Assembly: GCA_964354035.1 (NCBI GenBank)
Contig: CAYGYQ010000001.1
Span: 557 to 64,556, forward strand
DNA from: an uncultured Bordetella sp.
GTDB lineage: Bacteria; Pseudomonadota; Gammaproteobacteria; Burkholderiales; Casimicrobiaceae
DNA: 64,000 nt
Direction of reading: 5' to 3'
The stretch's first letter is position 1. Each line of letters opens with the position of its first letter. Below the pieces are notes generated by a model. The model was not told the origin of the DNA and searched no databases. It saw only the letters and a program-made list of their open reading frames with translations. Shown here piece by piece: positions 8,035 to 16,793 of this stretch. A program made the translations under genes and the position numbers.

Positions 8035-9756
8035 TTGAATCACTTTCGCCGGATTCTCCGCTACATCCGTCCCTACCGGAGGGTGTTCGCGCTCGCGATC
8101 GTCGGCATGGTGATCGTCGCGTCGACCGACGTGATGATGCTGCGCATCGTCCAGCCGCTGCTCAACAACATCGGCGCGGTCAGTCCCGAGTCGACGTGGT
8201 GGCTGCCGTTCGCGCTGGTCGGCGTATTTCTCCTCCGCGGCGTCGGCTCCTACGTGAGCGACTACGGGCTCGCGTGGATCGGTTCGCGGGTCGTGTTCGA
8301 CCTGCGTTGCGAGGCCTCCGAGCACCTGCTGCGTATGCCCACGCCCTACTACGACGCGACCTCGGCCGGCTTCCTGCTCTCCAAGATCACGTTCGACGCC
8401 CAGCAGATCGCAGCCACGGCGTCCGACGCGCTCACGGTGGTCATCCGCAACACGCTGACGATCGCGTTCATGCTGGCCTACCTGCTGTACATCAACTGGC
8501 AGCTCACGCTGATCGCCTTCGCCGCATTTCCGCTGATCGGTTACGCGCTGAAGAAGATCAGCCGACGCCTGAAGCGGGTGAGCGTGCTCGTCCAGGAACG
8601 CACCGGCGCGCTCACGCACGCGCTGGAAGAGGCGATCGGCGCGCACCGCATCGTCAAGGTGTTCGGCGGCGAGCACTACGAGGCCGGGCGGCTGCGCCAC
8701 GCGGCGGACCGCCTGCGGCTCGCGATGGCGAAGCAGGCCGCCGCCTCCGCGCTCGGAACGCCGATCAACCAGATCATCATCTCCGTCGCGGTCGGCGTGA
8801 TCCTGTGGGTTGCAATTCGCAAGAGCGCCGGCGGCGAGTATGGCGCGGGCGACTTCATCGCCTACATGGCCGCGTTGCTGCACCTCCTCAACCAGCTGAA
8901 GACGCTGTCCAACGTGAACGCCGTGATCCAGCGCGGGATCACCGCGGCCGAGAGCGTCTTCGCGCTGATCGACGAGCAGCCGGAACCCGATACCGGCACC
9001 ATCACCCTCGGGCATGCGAGTGGCGGGATCCGCTTCGACCACGTTACCAAGCGGTATGCGGACAGCGGCCGGCCGGCACTGGTCGACGTCAGCCTGGAAA
9101 TCGTCCCCGGCGAGTCCGTTGCGCTGGTCGGACCCTCTGGCGGCGGCAAGACGACACTCGTCAACCTGATCCCGCGCTTCTACCTGCCGAGCGAAGGGCG
9201 GGTGCTGCTCGACGGCCAGGATCTGGCGACGATCAGGCTCGCCGATCTGCGGCGCCAGATCGCGCTGGTAAGCCAGGAGATCGTGCTGTTCAACGACACG
9301 ATCACGGCCAACATTGCCTACGGGACGATGACCGGCGCGTCGATGGAGGCGATCGAGCGCGCGGCCGTGGCGGCGAACGCGCTCGAGTTCATCCGGGCCC
9401 AGCCCGACGGCTTCAATACCGTCGTCGGCGAGCGCGGCATCCGGCTTTCGGGCGGCCAGCGTCAGCGCATCGCGATCGCGCGCGCGATTCTCAAGGACGC
9501 GCCGATCCTGATCCTCGACGAGGCGACTTCCGCCCTCGACACCGAGTCCGAACGGCTGATCCAGTCGGCGCTCGAGCAGCTGATGCGCGGGCGCACGACG
9601 ATCGTCATCGCGCACCGCCTGTCGACGATCGAGCATTGCGATCGCATCGTCGTGCTCGACGATGGCCGGATCGCCGAGCAGGGCACGCACGCGGATCTGC
9701 TCGCGCGCAAAGGCATCTACGCGCGGCTGCACTCGCGGCAGTTCCGCGAGGAGTGA
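8035..9756 (+). CDS. msbA: Lipid A export ATP-binding/permease protein MsbA
   Basis: 573 aa. N-terminal 6-TM ABC exporter domain, then Walker A GPSGGGKTT, signature LSGGQRQR and Walker B ILILDEATSALD. The TTG start at 8035 is uncertain. Confidence 0.85.
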   Translation: MNHFRRILRYIRPYRRVFALAIVGMVIVASTDVMMLRIVQPLLNNIGAVSPESTWWLPFALVGVFLLRGVGSYVSDYGLAWIGSRVVFDLRCEASEHLLRMPTPYYDATSAGFLLSKITFDAQQIAATASDALTVVIRNTLTIAFMLAYLLYINWQLTLIAFAAFPLIGYALKKISRRLKRVSVLVQERTGALTHALEEAIGAHRIVKVFGGEHYEAGRLRHAADRLRLAMAKQAAASALGTPINQIIISVAVGVILWVAIRKSAGGEYGAGDFIAYMAALLHLLNQLKTLSNVNAVIQRGITAAESVFALIDEQPEPDTGTITLGHASGGIRFDHVTKRYADSGRPALVDVSLEIVPGESVALVGPSGGGKTTLVNLIPRFYLPSEGRVLLDGQDLATIRLADLRRQIALVSQEIVLFNDTITANIAYGTMTGASMEAIERAAVAANALEFIRAQPDGFNTVVGERGIRLSGGQRQRIAIARAILKDAPILILDEATSALDTESERLIQSALEQLMRGRTTIVIAHRLSTIEHCDRIVVLDDGRIAEQGTHADLLARKGIYARLHSRQFREE

Positions 9757-9797
9757 GCGAGGGAGGCGGCAGCAGCAAGGGTGTGAACTCGGGTCAG

Positions 9798-9840
9798 CCG
9801 GCGCGTTGCTGCGCCGGGACGGCCGCGCGCAGCCCGTCCC
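9798..9840. terminator. Two GC-rich hairpins in the convergent msbA / acyltransferase gap
   Basis: CCGGCGC-gttgct-GCGCCGG (9798-9817) and GGGACGG-n11-CCGTCCC (9816-9840). No U-tract, so the terminator call is tentative. Confidence 0.3.
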
Positions 9841-9842
9841 CT

Positions 9843-11081
9843 TCAGCCGCGGCGCTTCGCCGCCCGCGGCGCGACGGCCTTCCACCGCCGATGCACCCAG
9901 TACCATTGCTCGGGCCGGGCGAGGATCAGGCCCTCGAGCGCGGCGTTGTACGCGCGCGTTGTGCGGCGGATCGCATCGTTGGTGTCTTCGGCTTCGATCG
10001 GCGCGATCGGCGCGCCGAACCGCAGCACGTGCCGGCCGTCGTCCTCCCGCCAGCTCGTGGCCGGAAGGACGGGCGCACCGGTAGCCAGAGCGATGATCGC
10101 CAGGCTCTTGAACGTCCAGGCCGGATGCCCGAAGAAATCAATCTCGATGCCATCGGGCGGATTCGCGTGCTGGTCGAACGGGAACACGATCACGTCGCCG
10201 GCGGCCAGCAGGTCGAGGATCCGGTCGAGCGAGCCTCGCTTGCCGATGACGCCGAAGCCCGCCTGGTTGAAGCGCCGCGTGACGAGCGCATCGAGCCAAG
10301 CCGGCTTGATCGCGCGGCGGACGAAATGGAACCGGCCGCGGAAGTCCGGATAGTGGGCGAGACCGGCGATCGTCGACACTTCCCAGTTGCCGAAATGACC
10401 CGTGAGCACGAGCACGCCCTTGCCCTGTTGCAGCGCGGCGCCGAACGCGTCGACGTTCTCTATGCGCACCAGCGCCGCCTTTTGCGCCGCCGACAGCCAC
10501 CGGAAGCGCAGGAATTCGCCGAGGAGCTGCCACAGGTGGCCGTAGTGGGCCTGCGCCAGCGTCGCGATCTGCGTTCCGGACAGAGTCTCGCCATAGACGC
10601 GCCGGAGATTGGCGAGGATGACCGAGCGGCGCAGCGGCAGGAAGCGAAAGAGGAACCGGCCGGCCGCCGGCACGGCCACGCTCGCGCGCTCGGCTTGCGC
10701 CACGGCCGAAGCGCTCAGGCGATCGTGTGTCAGCGACACCGCGATCGACGCGATGCGATGCCGCCCCAGGAGTTCCGTGGCGCGCGGCCCGCAAACGAGC
10801 CGGGGCGCGCCGTAGTTGTCGCGCGTGACCGAGAAGTCGGCCGGTTCGATCTGCCCCAGCGCCGCCGCGCGCGGGAACAGCTTGACGCACGCTTCCTTCG
10901 CGGCGAAGCGGGCGGCAAGGCTCGCCGCGCGGCCCGGTCCGTCGCCCGCGTCGGCGAGCTCGGTGTCGGAAAAGAGCTTGCGCAGATCGTCCGCCGGGGT
11001 CTCGGCAAGGAGGCGCTCGATCCTGGCGATCTCGACGGTGTCGATGCCGCAGCGGCCGGCCGGCGCAGGGGCGTCCGCCAT
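9843..11081 (-). CDS. Fusion protein: AcpS-type 4'-phosphopantetheinyl transferase (N) + LpxL/HtrB-family lipid A-type acyltransferase (C)
   Basis: The N-terminal ~125 aa reads GIDTVEIARIERL...LAARFAAKEACVKL...AVSLTHD (AcpS pattern). The C-terminal ~285 aa carries LTGHFGNWEV (the H-x4-E acyltransferase motif of the LpxL family). Confidence 0.8.
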   Translation of the reverse strand: MADAPAPAGRCGIDTVEIARIERLLAETPADDLRKLFSDTELADAGDGPGRAASLAARFAAKEACVKLFPRAAALGQIEPADFSVTRDNYGAPRLVCGPRATELLGRHRIASIAVSLTHDRLSASAVAQAERASVAVPAAGRFLFRFLPLRRSVILANLRRVYGETLSGTQIATLAQAHYGHLWQLLGEFLRFRWLSAAQKAALVRIENVDAFGAALQQGKGVLVLTGHFGNWEVSTIAGLAHYPDFRGRFHFVRRAIKPAWLDALVTRRFNQAGFGVIGKRGSLDRILDLLAAGDVIVFPFDQHANPPDGIEIDFFGHPAWTFKSLAIIALATGAPVLPATSWREDDGRHVLRFGAPIAPIEAEDTNDAIRRTTRAYNAALEGLILARPEQWYWVHRRWKAVAPRAAKRRG

Positions 11082-11103
11082 CGCGATGGGCGCCCGGCAG
11101 CCG

Positions 11104-12381
11104 TTACGCCGCGCGGACCACGAGGGCGGCGTTGGTCCCCGCGAAGCCGCGACAGAGGATCAGTGCAACCTTGCTGCGCGGCTTCTGCGCGCCGGCCGAC
11201 ACGCAGACTCCGGCGCAGGCCGGATCGAGCCGCGCGAAGTTCGCCACGCCGGGCACCGTGCCGCGCGCGAGTGCCTCGAGCGCGAGTGCCGTTTCCAGAA
11301 TCCCGGCCGCCGCGATCGTGTGCCCGAGCGCCCACTTGAACGCGGTCATCGGCGGAGGTGCGGCGCCGAAGACGCGGCGCATTGCCGCGGCTTCCGAAAT
11401 GTCCGACTGCGGCGTGCCGTTGCCGTGCGCGACGACCATCCCGACGTCCGCGGGCGCGAGTTGCGCGCCGTAGAGCGCCTGGCTCGCCGCGCGCGCGAGG
11501 CCGTCGCCGTCGTCACGGATCGAGGTGAGACCCTGCGCTTCGCACGCGTAACCGCCGCCGAGGATTTCGCCCAGCACGGGCGCATTGCGCTCGGCTGCCG
11601 ACGCCTCGGTCTCCAGCAGCAGCGCGCCGGCGCCTTCGCCGAACAGGCTGCCGTCGTGCCGCGCGTCGAACGGCCGCAACGTCTCGCTGGCGAGCAACCC
11701 CAGCCGGTGGTAGTAGAGGATCATCTGCGGCTCGATCGGCGTTTCGTGTCCGACCGCGACGGCGCGGTCCGCCTCGCCGGTGCGCAGCGCCTCGAACGCC
11801 TCGATGACCGCCAGCGTGCCGCCGACGCTGTGGTTGGTGATGCACGCATTCGGCCCCTTGAGGCCGTGCCTGATGCCGATGTGGCCGAGCACGTTGTTGG
11901 GCAGGGTGCGCAGCAGCCACATCGGATTGACCGTGTTGGCAAGCTCGCGGCCGAACGCCGGCAGCTCGCCGCCGGCCGCGGCGAACAGCGGGAAGTAGTC
12001 GTACTGGTTCTCGTAGTTGCCGCCGCCCGAGCCGACGTAGACGCCGGTGCGGTCGCTGTACACGGCGGCGGCGCCGGCCGCCATCGCGCCGCGGTGAGCG
12101 ACGATGCCGGAGCCGTCGATCGCGCGCCCTGCAGCGTAGAGACCGACGAGGTCGGTGCGCCGGATCAGCTTGTGCAGCTTGCGGTCGTCGACGAGCGCGC
12201 GCGGATTGAATTCGGCGATCTCGGCCGCGCTGCGGCAGGGCCAGCCGGTCGTGTCCCATTGCGTGACCGGCGCGATTGCCGAGCGCCCCGCCAGGACCGC
12301 GTCGATAATCCGCTCCGGCGTCATCCCGGCGCCGCACACGGCGCCGGATCCGGTCACGACCACTCTGGGCAGTTTCGCCAT
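11104..12381 (-). CDS. Beta-ketoacyl synthase-like protein lacking the active-site Cys (chain-length-factor-like partner)
   Basis: 425 aa with a KS fold; the His motifs are kept (VAHGNGTPQSD, ALGHTIAAAG). In a hand alignment, NHSVGG aligns with TACASG of the neighbouring KS, putting Ser where the catalytic Cys sits. Confidence 0.8.
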   Translation of the reverse strand: MAKLPRVVVTGSGAVCGAGMTPERIIDAVLAGRSAIAPVTQWDTTGWPCRSAAEIAEFNPRALVDDRKLHKLIRRTDLVGLYAAGRAIDGSGIVAHRGAMAAGAAAVYSDRTGVYVGSGGGNYENQYDYFPLFAAAGGELPAFGRELANTVNPMWLLRTLPNNVLGHIGIRHGLKGPNACITNHSVGGTLAVIEAFEALRTGEADRAVAVGHETPIEPQMILYYHRLGLLASETLRPFDARHDGSLFGEGAGALLLETEASAAERNAPVLGEILGGGYACEAQGLTSIRDDGDGLARAASQALYGAQLAPADVGMVVAHGNGTPQSDISEAAAMRRVFGAAPPPMTAFKWALGHTIAAAGILETALALEALARGTVPGVANFARLDPACAGVCVSAGAQKPRSKVALILCRGFAGTNAALVVRAA

Positions 12382-12399
12382 TCGCTGGTACCCGGAGTT

Positions 12400-13713
12400 T
12401 CAGGCGCCGGCGACGCCGTCGACTGCTTCGGGATGGCGGACGACCACGCAGCTGTTCGAGCCGCCGAAGCCGAAGGAGTTGGACATCGCCACGCGAATGC
12501 GCTGCCGCCGCGGCGCGCCGGTGACGAAGTTGAGGTCGCAGTCGGGATCGCGCTCCACCAGGTTCGCGTTGATCGGCATTTCGCCGCGGTGGACGGCGAG
12601 CGCGCAGACCGCGACCTCGACCGCCCCGGCCGCCGCGATCAGGTGCCCCATCGTGCTCTTGGTCGAGCTCACGTTGACGCGCATGACGTCGGCGCCGAAG
12701 ACGGCGCGCGTCGCCGCGGTCTCGCTGCGATCGTTCATTCCCGTCGACGTCCCGTGCGCGTTCAGGTAGCCGACGTCCGCCGGCGCCGCGCCGGCGTCCT
12801 TGAGCGCTGCGCGCATCGCCTGGATCGGCCCGTCGCCGTCCGGCGGCGAATCGGTGATCCGGTAACTCGACAGCGAATTGCCGTCACCGGCGAGCTCGGC
12901 GTAGATCCGCGCGCCGCGGCGGCGCGCGGCTTCCCATTCCTCGAGCACCAGAAAGCCGGCGCCCTCGCCCAGCAGAAATCCGTTGCGGGTCGCGTCGAAC
13001 GGGCGGCTTGCGCGCTGCGGCGTCGCATTGTCCGCCGACAGCGCGGAGAGCAGGCAGAATCCGGAAATCCCGATCGGGCTGATCATCGAGTCGAAGCCGC
13101 CGGCGAGAACGCTGTCGACGGCGCCGCGGCGGATCAGCTTCAGTGCGGTGCCGAGCGCCTGTCCGCCCGACGCACAGGCCGTGTGCACCGAGGTCGCGTA
13201 ACCGCGGATGTCGTAGCGCCGGGTGAGCAGCGAAATGCCGGCGGTCGCCTGGCTGCGGCAGAACACCATCGGGTCATTCGCCGCCGGGTCGGTCAGCAGC
13301 CGGTCCGCATGGAGCTCGCCGTCGGCCGCACTGTGCCCGAACGTCGTGGCGAGATCGCCGAAGTCGGAGGTCATCATTCCCGCGCCGACCGCGCAGCCCC
13401 AGCGCGTCGCGGTGGCGGCCGTTGGCCGCACGCCCGCGTCGCGAAAGGCCTGCTCCGCCGCGGCGAGCGCGAAACGGTGCGAGCGGTTCGTGTACTTCCG
13501 CTGCTTGCGCTCGACGCAATCGTCATCGCGGAAATTCTTCACTTCGGCGGCGATGTGAACCGGGAATCCGCTGGCGTCGAACAGGCTGATCTCCGCGCCG
13601 CCGCTGCGGCCGGCGAGGAGCGCGTCCCACGTCGTTGCCACGTCGTTGCCGACCGGCGTGACGAGTCCGATGCCGGTGATGGCGACGCGGCGCCTGGGTC
13701 CGGCGGTGGTCAT
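12400..13713 (-). CDS. Beta-ketoacyl-ACP synthase II-type (FabF-like)
   Basis: 437 aa with catalytic triad motifs HTACASGG, NAHGTSTGMND and MGHLIAAAG. Confidence 0.9.
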   Translation of the reverse strand: MTTAGPRRRVAITGIGLVTPVGNDVATTWDALLAGRSGGAEISLFDASGFPVHIAAEVKNFRDDDCVERKQRKYTNRSHRFALAAAEQAFRDAGVRPTAATATRWGCAVGAGMMTSDFGDLATTFGHSAADGELHADRLLTDPAANDPMVFCRSQATAGISLLTRRYDIRGYATSVHTACASGGQALGTALKLIRRGAVDSVLAGGFDSMISPIGISGFCLLSALSADNATPQRASRPFDATRNGFLLGEGAGFLVLEEWEAARRRGARIYAELAGDGNSLSSYRITDSPPDGDGPIQAMRAALKDAGAAPADVGYLNAHGTSTGMNDRSETAATRAVFGADVMRVNVSSTKSTMGHLIAAAGAVEVAVCALAVHRGEMPINANLVERDPDCDLNFVTGAPRRQRIRVAMSNSFGFGGSNSCVVVRHPEAVDGVAGA

Positions 13714-13740
13714 GCGCTCGGGTCCATTGGCGTTTGTTTT

Positions 13741-13818
13741 CGTAGGCGCGGGCTTGCCCGCGCTCGCTCGGCCTCGACGCCCGCGCCAATGCCGAGCGCG
13801 GCCGAGGCCGCGCCTACG
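13741..13818. repeat. 78-nt GC-rich composite palindrome inside the operon spacer
   Basis: Outer arms CGTAGGCGCGG (13741-13751) and CCGCGCCTACG (13808-13818) are complementary. Two perfect inner hairpins: GCGCGGGC-tt-GCCCGCGC (13746-13763) and GCGCGGCC-ga-GGCCGCGC (13796-13813). Confidence 0.6.
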
Positions 13819-13879
13819 ACCCTGCCCGGGACCGCGCCGGATTGGCCTTCCACAACGCGGAGAATTGACACAGGAAGTC

Positions 13880-14725
13880 TCATGGCCGTGCTGCCTTTGC
13901 GAGGACCTCGAGGCGCGCGGTGGCGGCCGTCTTGCCGTCCATCCGCGCGGCGAGGCGCAAGGTCGCGCCTTCGGGGCCGGAGGGGACCAGTTCCGCGTCG
14001 ATGTCGACCGCCGCGCCCGGTGGCATGAACGAGCGCATCTTCACGTGCGTCATCCGCGAGGGGGCGGGCTTGGTGCCGGTGCGCCAGTGCGTCGCCTCGG
14101 CAGCCACGCCCATCGCCAGACCGATCTGTGAGTCGAGCAAGAGCGTCGCCGGGAAGACCGGCCGGCGCGGGAAATGGTCGCCGAAGAAGGGTGCCGACTC
14201 CGGGACGAACAGCGTCGCGCTGGCGCAGACGCCAGGGACGCCGGCCGTGCGCACGACGCGTGGCGCCTCGACGCCGCGGAAACGGCCCGCCGGCGCGCCC
14301 TTGCCGCAGATGAGCTCGAAGCGCGCCGCGAGCTCGGCGGGCGAATCGAACTCCTCGACCGGCAGCATCGGACCGAGGCAGTCGACAAGCTCGATCACGT
14401 GCGTACCGTCGACGCTGGCGCGCCCGGCATAGGCGACCGCGTGCTCGTCGCAGCTTTCGATGTCGACGGCGAGATCGAGCGTGCTCCCGGGGGCGACCCC
14501 CGATCGGAAGCGCGTCTCGTTGGCGAGCGCCGCAACGGGCCGGCCGCGAAAGCCCACCTGCGCCATCGCGACCCACGCCGCGAGCTGTCCCACGGCCTCG
14601 GCGACGAGGCAAGGGGGGAACGCCGCGAGGTCCGCCGGCACCGCGTAGCGCCCGCGCGCGCGCCGTCCCGCGTCGTACTCGACGATGCGGTCGACGAACG
14701 AGAAGGCTGCGAAGTGATCATCCAT
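13880..14725 (-). CDS. Double-hotdog 3-hydroxyacyl-ACP dehydratase (FabA/FabZ-like di-domain)
   Basis: 281 aa, about twice FabZ length. The C-terminal half carries the FabZ-like FFGDHFPRRPVFPATLLLD motif. The N-terminal half looks hotdog-like but has no obvious His motif. Confidence 0.75.
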   Translation of the reverse strand: MDDHFAAFSFVDRIVEYDAGRRARGRYAVPADLAAFPPCLVAEAVGQLAAWVAMAQVGFRGRPVAALANETRFRSGVAPGSTLDLAVDIESCDEHAVAYAGRASVDGTHVIELVDCLGPMLPVEEFDSPAELAARFELICGKGAPAGRFRGVEAPRVVRTAGVPGVCASATLFVPESAPFFGDHFPRRPVFPATLLLDSQIGLAMGVAAEATHWRTGTKPAPSRMTHVKMRSFMPPGAAVDIDAELVPSGPEGATLRLAARMDGKTAATARLEVLAKAARP

Positions 14726-14761
14726 GCGCAGTCGTGAGGGCCTGTCGGGACGGCCGGGGTT

Positions 14762-15190
14762 TCAGCCGGCCACCTTCGTCTCGCGCTGGGCCGCCACGAC
14801 GAGCTTGCAGAAGGTTTCGGTCGTGAACAGTCGCGGGATGTCCTTGACCTTGGTCGGGGTCTTGAAGCGTTCGGGCGGAACTTCGGACAGGTACGAACGA
14901 AGCTGCGCGAGGCCGACGTCGGTGACGAGGCCGTTCTGCTCGAATTGCGCCTCGGTCAGCGTGCCGCGGGCGTTCTCGACGATCTTGCCGCGCGGAATCT
15001 TCACCTTGAACGCGCGCTCGAGGCGAAAGACCATGTCGAGGAAGTCGATGGACTCCGCGTCGAGGTCGTCGATGAGCGACGCATCCGGCTTGACGTCCTC
15101 GAGGTCGCAGCCCAGCGCGTCGGCAATGGTCGCCGCGACTGTCGGCAGTACCGCGAGGATGTCTTCTTGGGATATTTGCGCTTGCGTCAT
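14762..15190 (-). CDS. Acyl carrier protein with long C-terminal extension
   Basis: ATG at 15190 preceded by GGGAG. Phosphopantetheine-attachment context LIDDLDAESIDFLDMV. The 142 aa is about 60 aa longer than a canonical ACP. Confidence 0.8.
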   Translation of the reverse strand: MTQAQISQEDILAVLPTVAATIADALGCDLEDVKPDASLIDDLDAESIDFLDMVFRLERAFKVKIPRGKIVENARGTLTEAQFEQNGLVTDVGLAQLRSYLSEVPPERFKTPTKVKDIPRLFTTETFCKLVVAAQRETKVAG

Positions 15191-15204
15191 GGTCGTGACT
15201 CCCT

Positions 15205-15975
15205 TCATTCCATTTTGAATCCGCCGTCGACGGCGAACACCTGGCCCGTGACGTAGTCCGCGTACGCCGAAACGAGAAACCACACCGCGTAGGCGACTTC
15301 CTCCGGCCGGCCGTAGCGCTTGAGCAGGATGCGCGCCTTCACTTCGTCGCCGGCCATCTCGCGCACGTCCTTCGACATGTCGGTGTCGATCACGCCGGGC
15401 GCGACACAGTTCACGTTGATCTTGCGCGGCGCGAGCTCGACCGCGAGCGCGCGTGTGAACGCATTGATCGCGCCCTTGCTCGCGGCGTAATTGGTCTGGC
15501 CCCGGCCGCCCTTTTCGCCCGCCACCGAGCTGATGTTGACGATCCGGCCGGCGCGCTGGGACACCATGTAGGGCACCACCGCGCGGGTCACGTTGAACAC
15601 GCCGGTGACGTTGGTGTCGAGCACGACCGCGACGTCGTCGTCGTCGAACGCAGCGAGCGGGTTGTCGCGGATGGTGCCCGCGTTGTTGACGAGAATGTCG
15701 ATCCGGCCGCAGCGCTCGGCGATGCCTTCGACGGCCGCTGCGCAGGCCTTCGAGTCGCGGATGTCGACCTGCAGGGCGGCGATCGTGTGCCCGGCGGCGC
15801 GGCCCTCCGCCACGACGGCATCGGCGGCCGCCGCATTGCCGCGATAGAAGAAGGTCACGTCCGCACCCTCCGCCGCCAGCAACAGGGAGATGGCGCGGCC
15901 GATGCCGCGGCTGCCTCCGGTGACGATGGCGGACTTGCCGGATATTCCGGGGTCGGGGCGCATGCGCGGCATCAT
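15205..15975 (-). CDS. 3-oxoacyl-ACP reductase (FabG-like SDR)
   Basis: TGGSRGIG cofactor motif and classical Y-x3-K (YAASK). The ATG at 15975 forms an ATGA overlap with the upstream stop; ATGs at 15972 and 15963 are alternatives. Confidence 0.85.
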   Translation of the reverse strand: MMPRMRPDPGISGKSAIVTGGSRGIGRAISLLLAAEGADVTFFYRGNAAAADAVVAEGRAAGHTIAALQVDIRDSKACAAAVEGIAERCGRIDILVNNAGTIRDNPLAAFDDDDVAVVLDTNVTGVFNVTRAVVPYMVSQRAGRIVNISSVAGEKGGRGQTNYAASKGAINAFTRALAVELAPRKINVNCVAPGVIDTDMSKDVREMAGDEVKARILLKRYGRPEEVAYAVWFLVSAYADYVTGQVFAVDGGFKME

Positions 15976-16727
15976 CCCGAAATGGCGAAGCCGCCGTCGA
16001 TCACCAGTGTATGACCGTTGATCATCGCAGCTTCGGGAAGGCAGAGCAGATAGACGGCTCCGGCGACGTCCTCGGGCGTGAGCACCGGCCCCGCGGGCGA
16101 GCGTGCCGCGAAGTTCGCGAGCAGTTCGTCCCGGTTCGGGAAGTAGGCGAGCGCGTCGGTGTCGACGACGCCGGCGCTTACCGTGTTGACCCGGATGCCG
16201 CGCGGCCCGAGCTCCTGCGCCAGCGCCCGCGCCAGCGACTCCAGCGCGGCCTTCGACGCGCCGATGAAGCCGTAGCCGGGCATGGCCCGCTGCGCGCCCA
16301 GGCTCGACATGGCGACGATGCGCGCGCCGGACGGCATCAGCGGCAGGCCGCGCTGGGCGAGCAGATTGAGCGCGAGCGCGTTGGTCTCCATGCACCAGCG
16401 CCAGTGCTTGAGCGTCATCTCGACCGTCGGCTTCAGGACGCCCGACGCGGCGTTGCTGACCAGGATGTCGAGCCGGTCGAAATGCCGGCCGAACTCGGCA
16501 AAGATCTCGTCGACCGAATCCGGGATGCCGACGCTGCCCTGGATGGCGACCGCGCGGCGCCCGAGGGCGCGAATCTCGACGCAGAGGGTATCAGCCTCGT
16601 CGGCGCTGTTGTAGTAGTTGACCGCGACGTCGCAACCCTCGCGGGCAAGCTTCAGCGCGACGGCGCGGCCGATGCCGCGCGCGGCGCCGGTGACGAGAGC
16701 GACTTTTCCGGCCAACACACCCGGCAT
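15972..16727 (-). CDS. Enoyl-ACP reductase-like SDR (FabL/FabI-type)
   Basis: TGAARGIG motif and Y-x6-K spacing (YGFIGASK), typical of enoyl reductases rather than ketoreductases. ATG at 16727 has an AGGAA RBS; GTG 16769 is an alternative start. Confidence 0.75.
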   Translation of the reverse strand: MPGVLAGKVALVTGAARGIGRAVALKLAREGCDVAVNYYNSADEADTLCVEIRALGRRAVAIQGSVGIPDSVDEIFAEFGRHFDRLDILVSNAASGVLKPTVEMTLKHWRWCMETNALALNLLAQRGLPLMPSGARIVAMSSLGAQRAMPGYGFIGASKAALESLARALAQELGPRGIRVNTVSAGVVDTDALAYFPNRDELLANFAARSPAGPVLTPEDVAGAVYLLCLPEAAMINGHTLVIDGGFAISG

Positions 16728-16793
16728 GGTGGGATTCCTGCTGCGTTCTGCGATCATGGAACCCGGCACTTGCGCCGGGGGCAGGCGAAAGTA

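Noticed and set aside
8196-14028. Very long track ORFs (8196-11339 +, 1047 aa; 10816-14028 +, 1070 aa), and similar ones at 5071-7104 +, 55245-57587 -, 58609-60519 - and 7939-9906 -.
   Set aside because: They are Arg/Ala/Gly/Pro-rich, low-complexity translations with no recognisable motifs. Each lies antisense to, or out of frame with, genes that have clear family signatures. These are typical GC-driven shadow ORFs.
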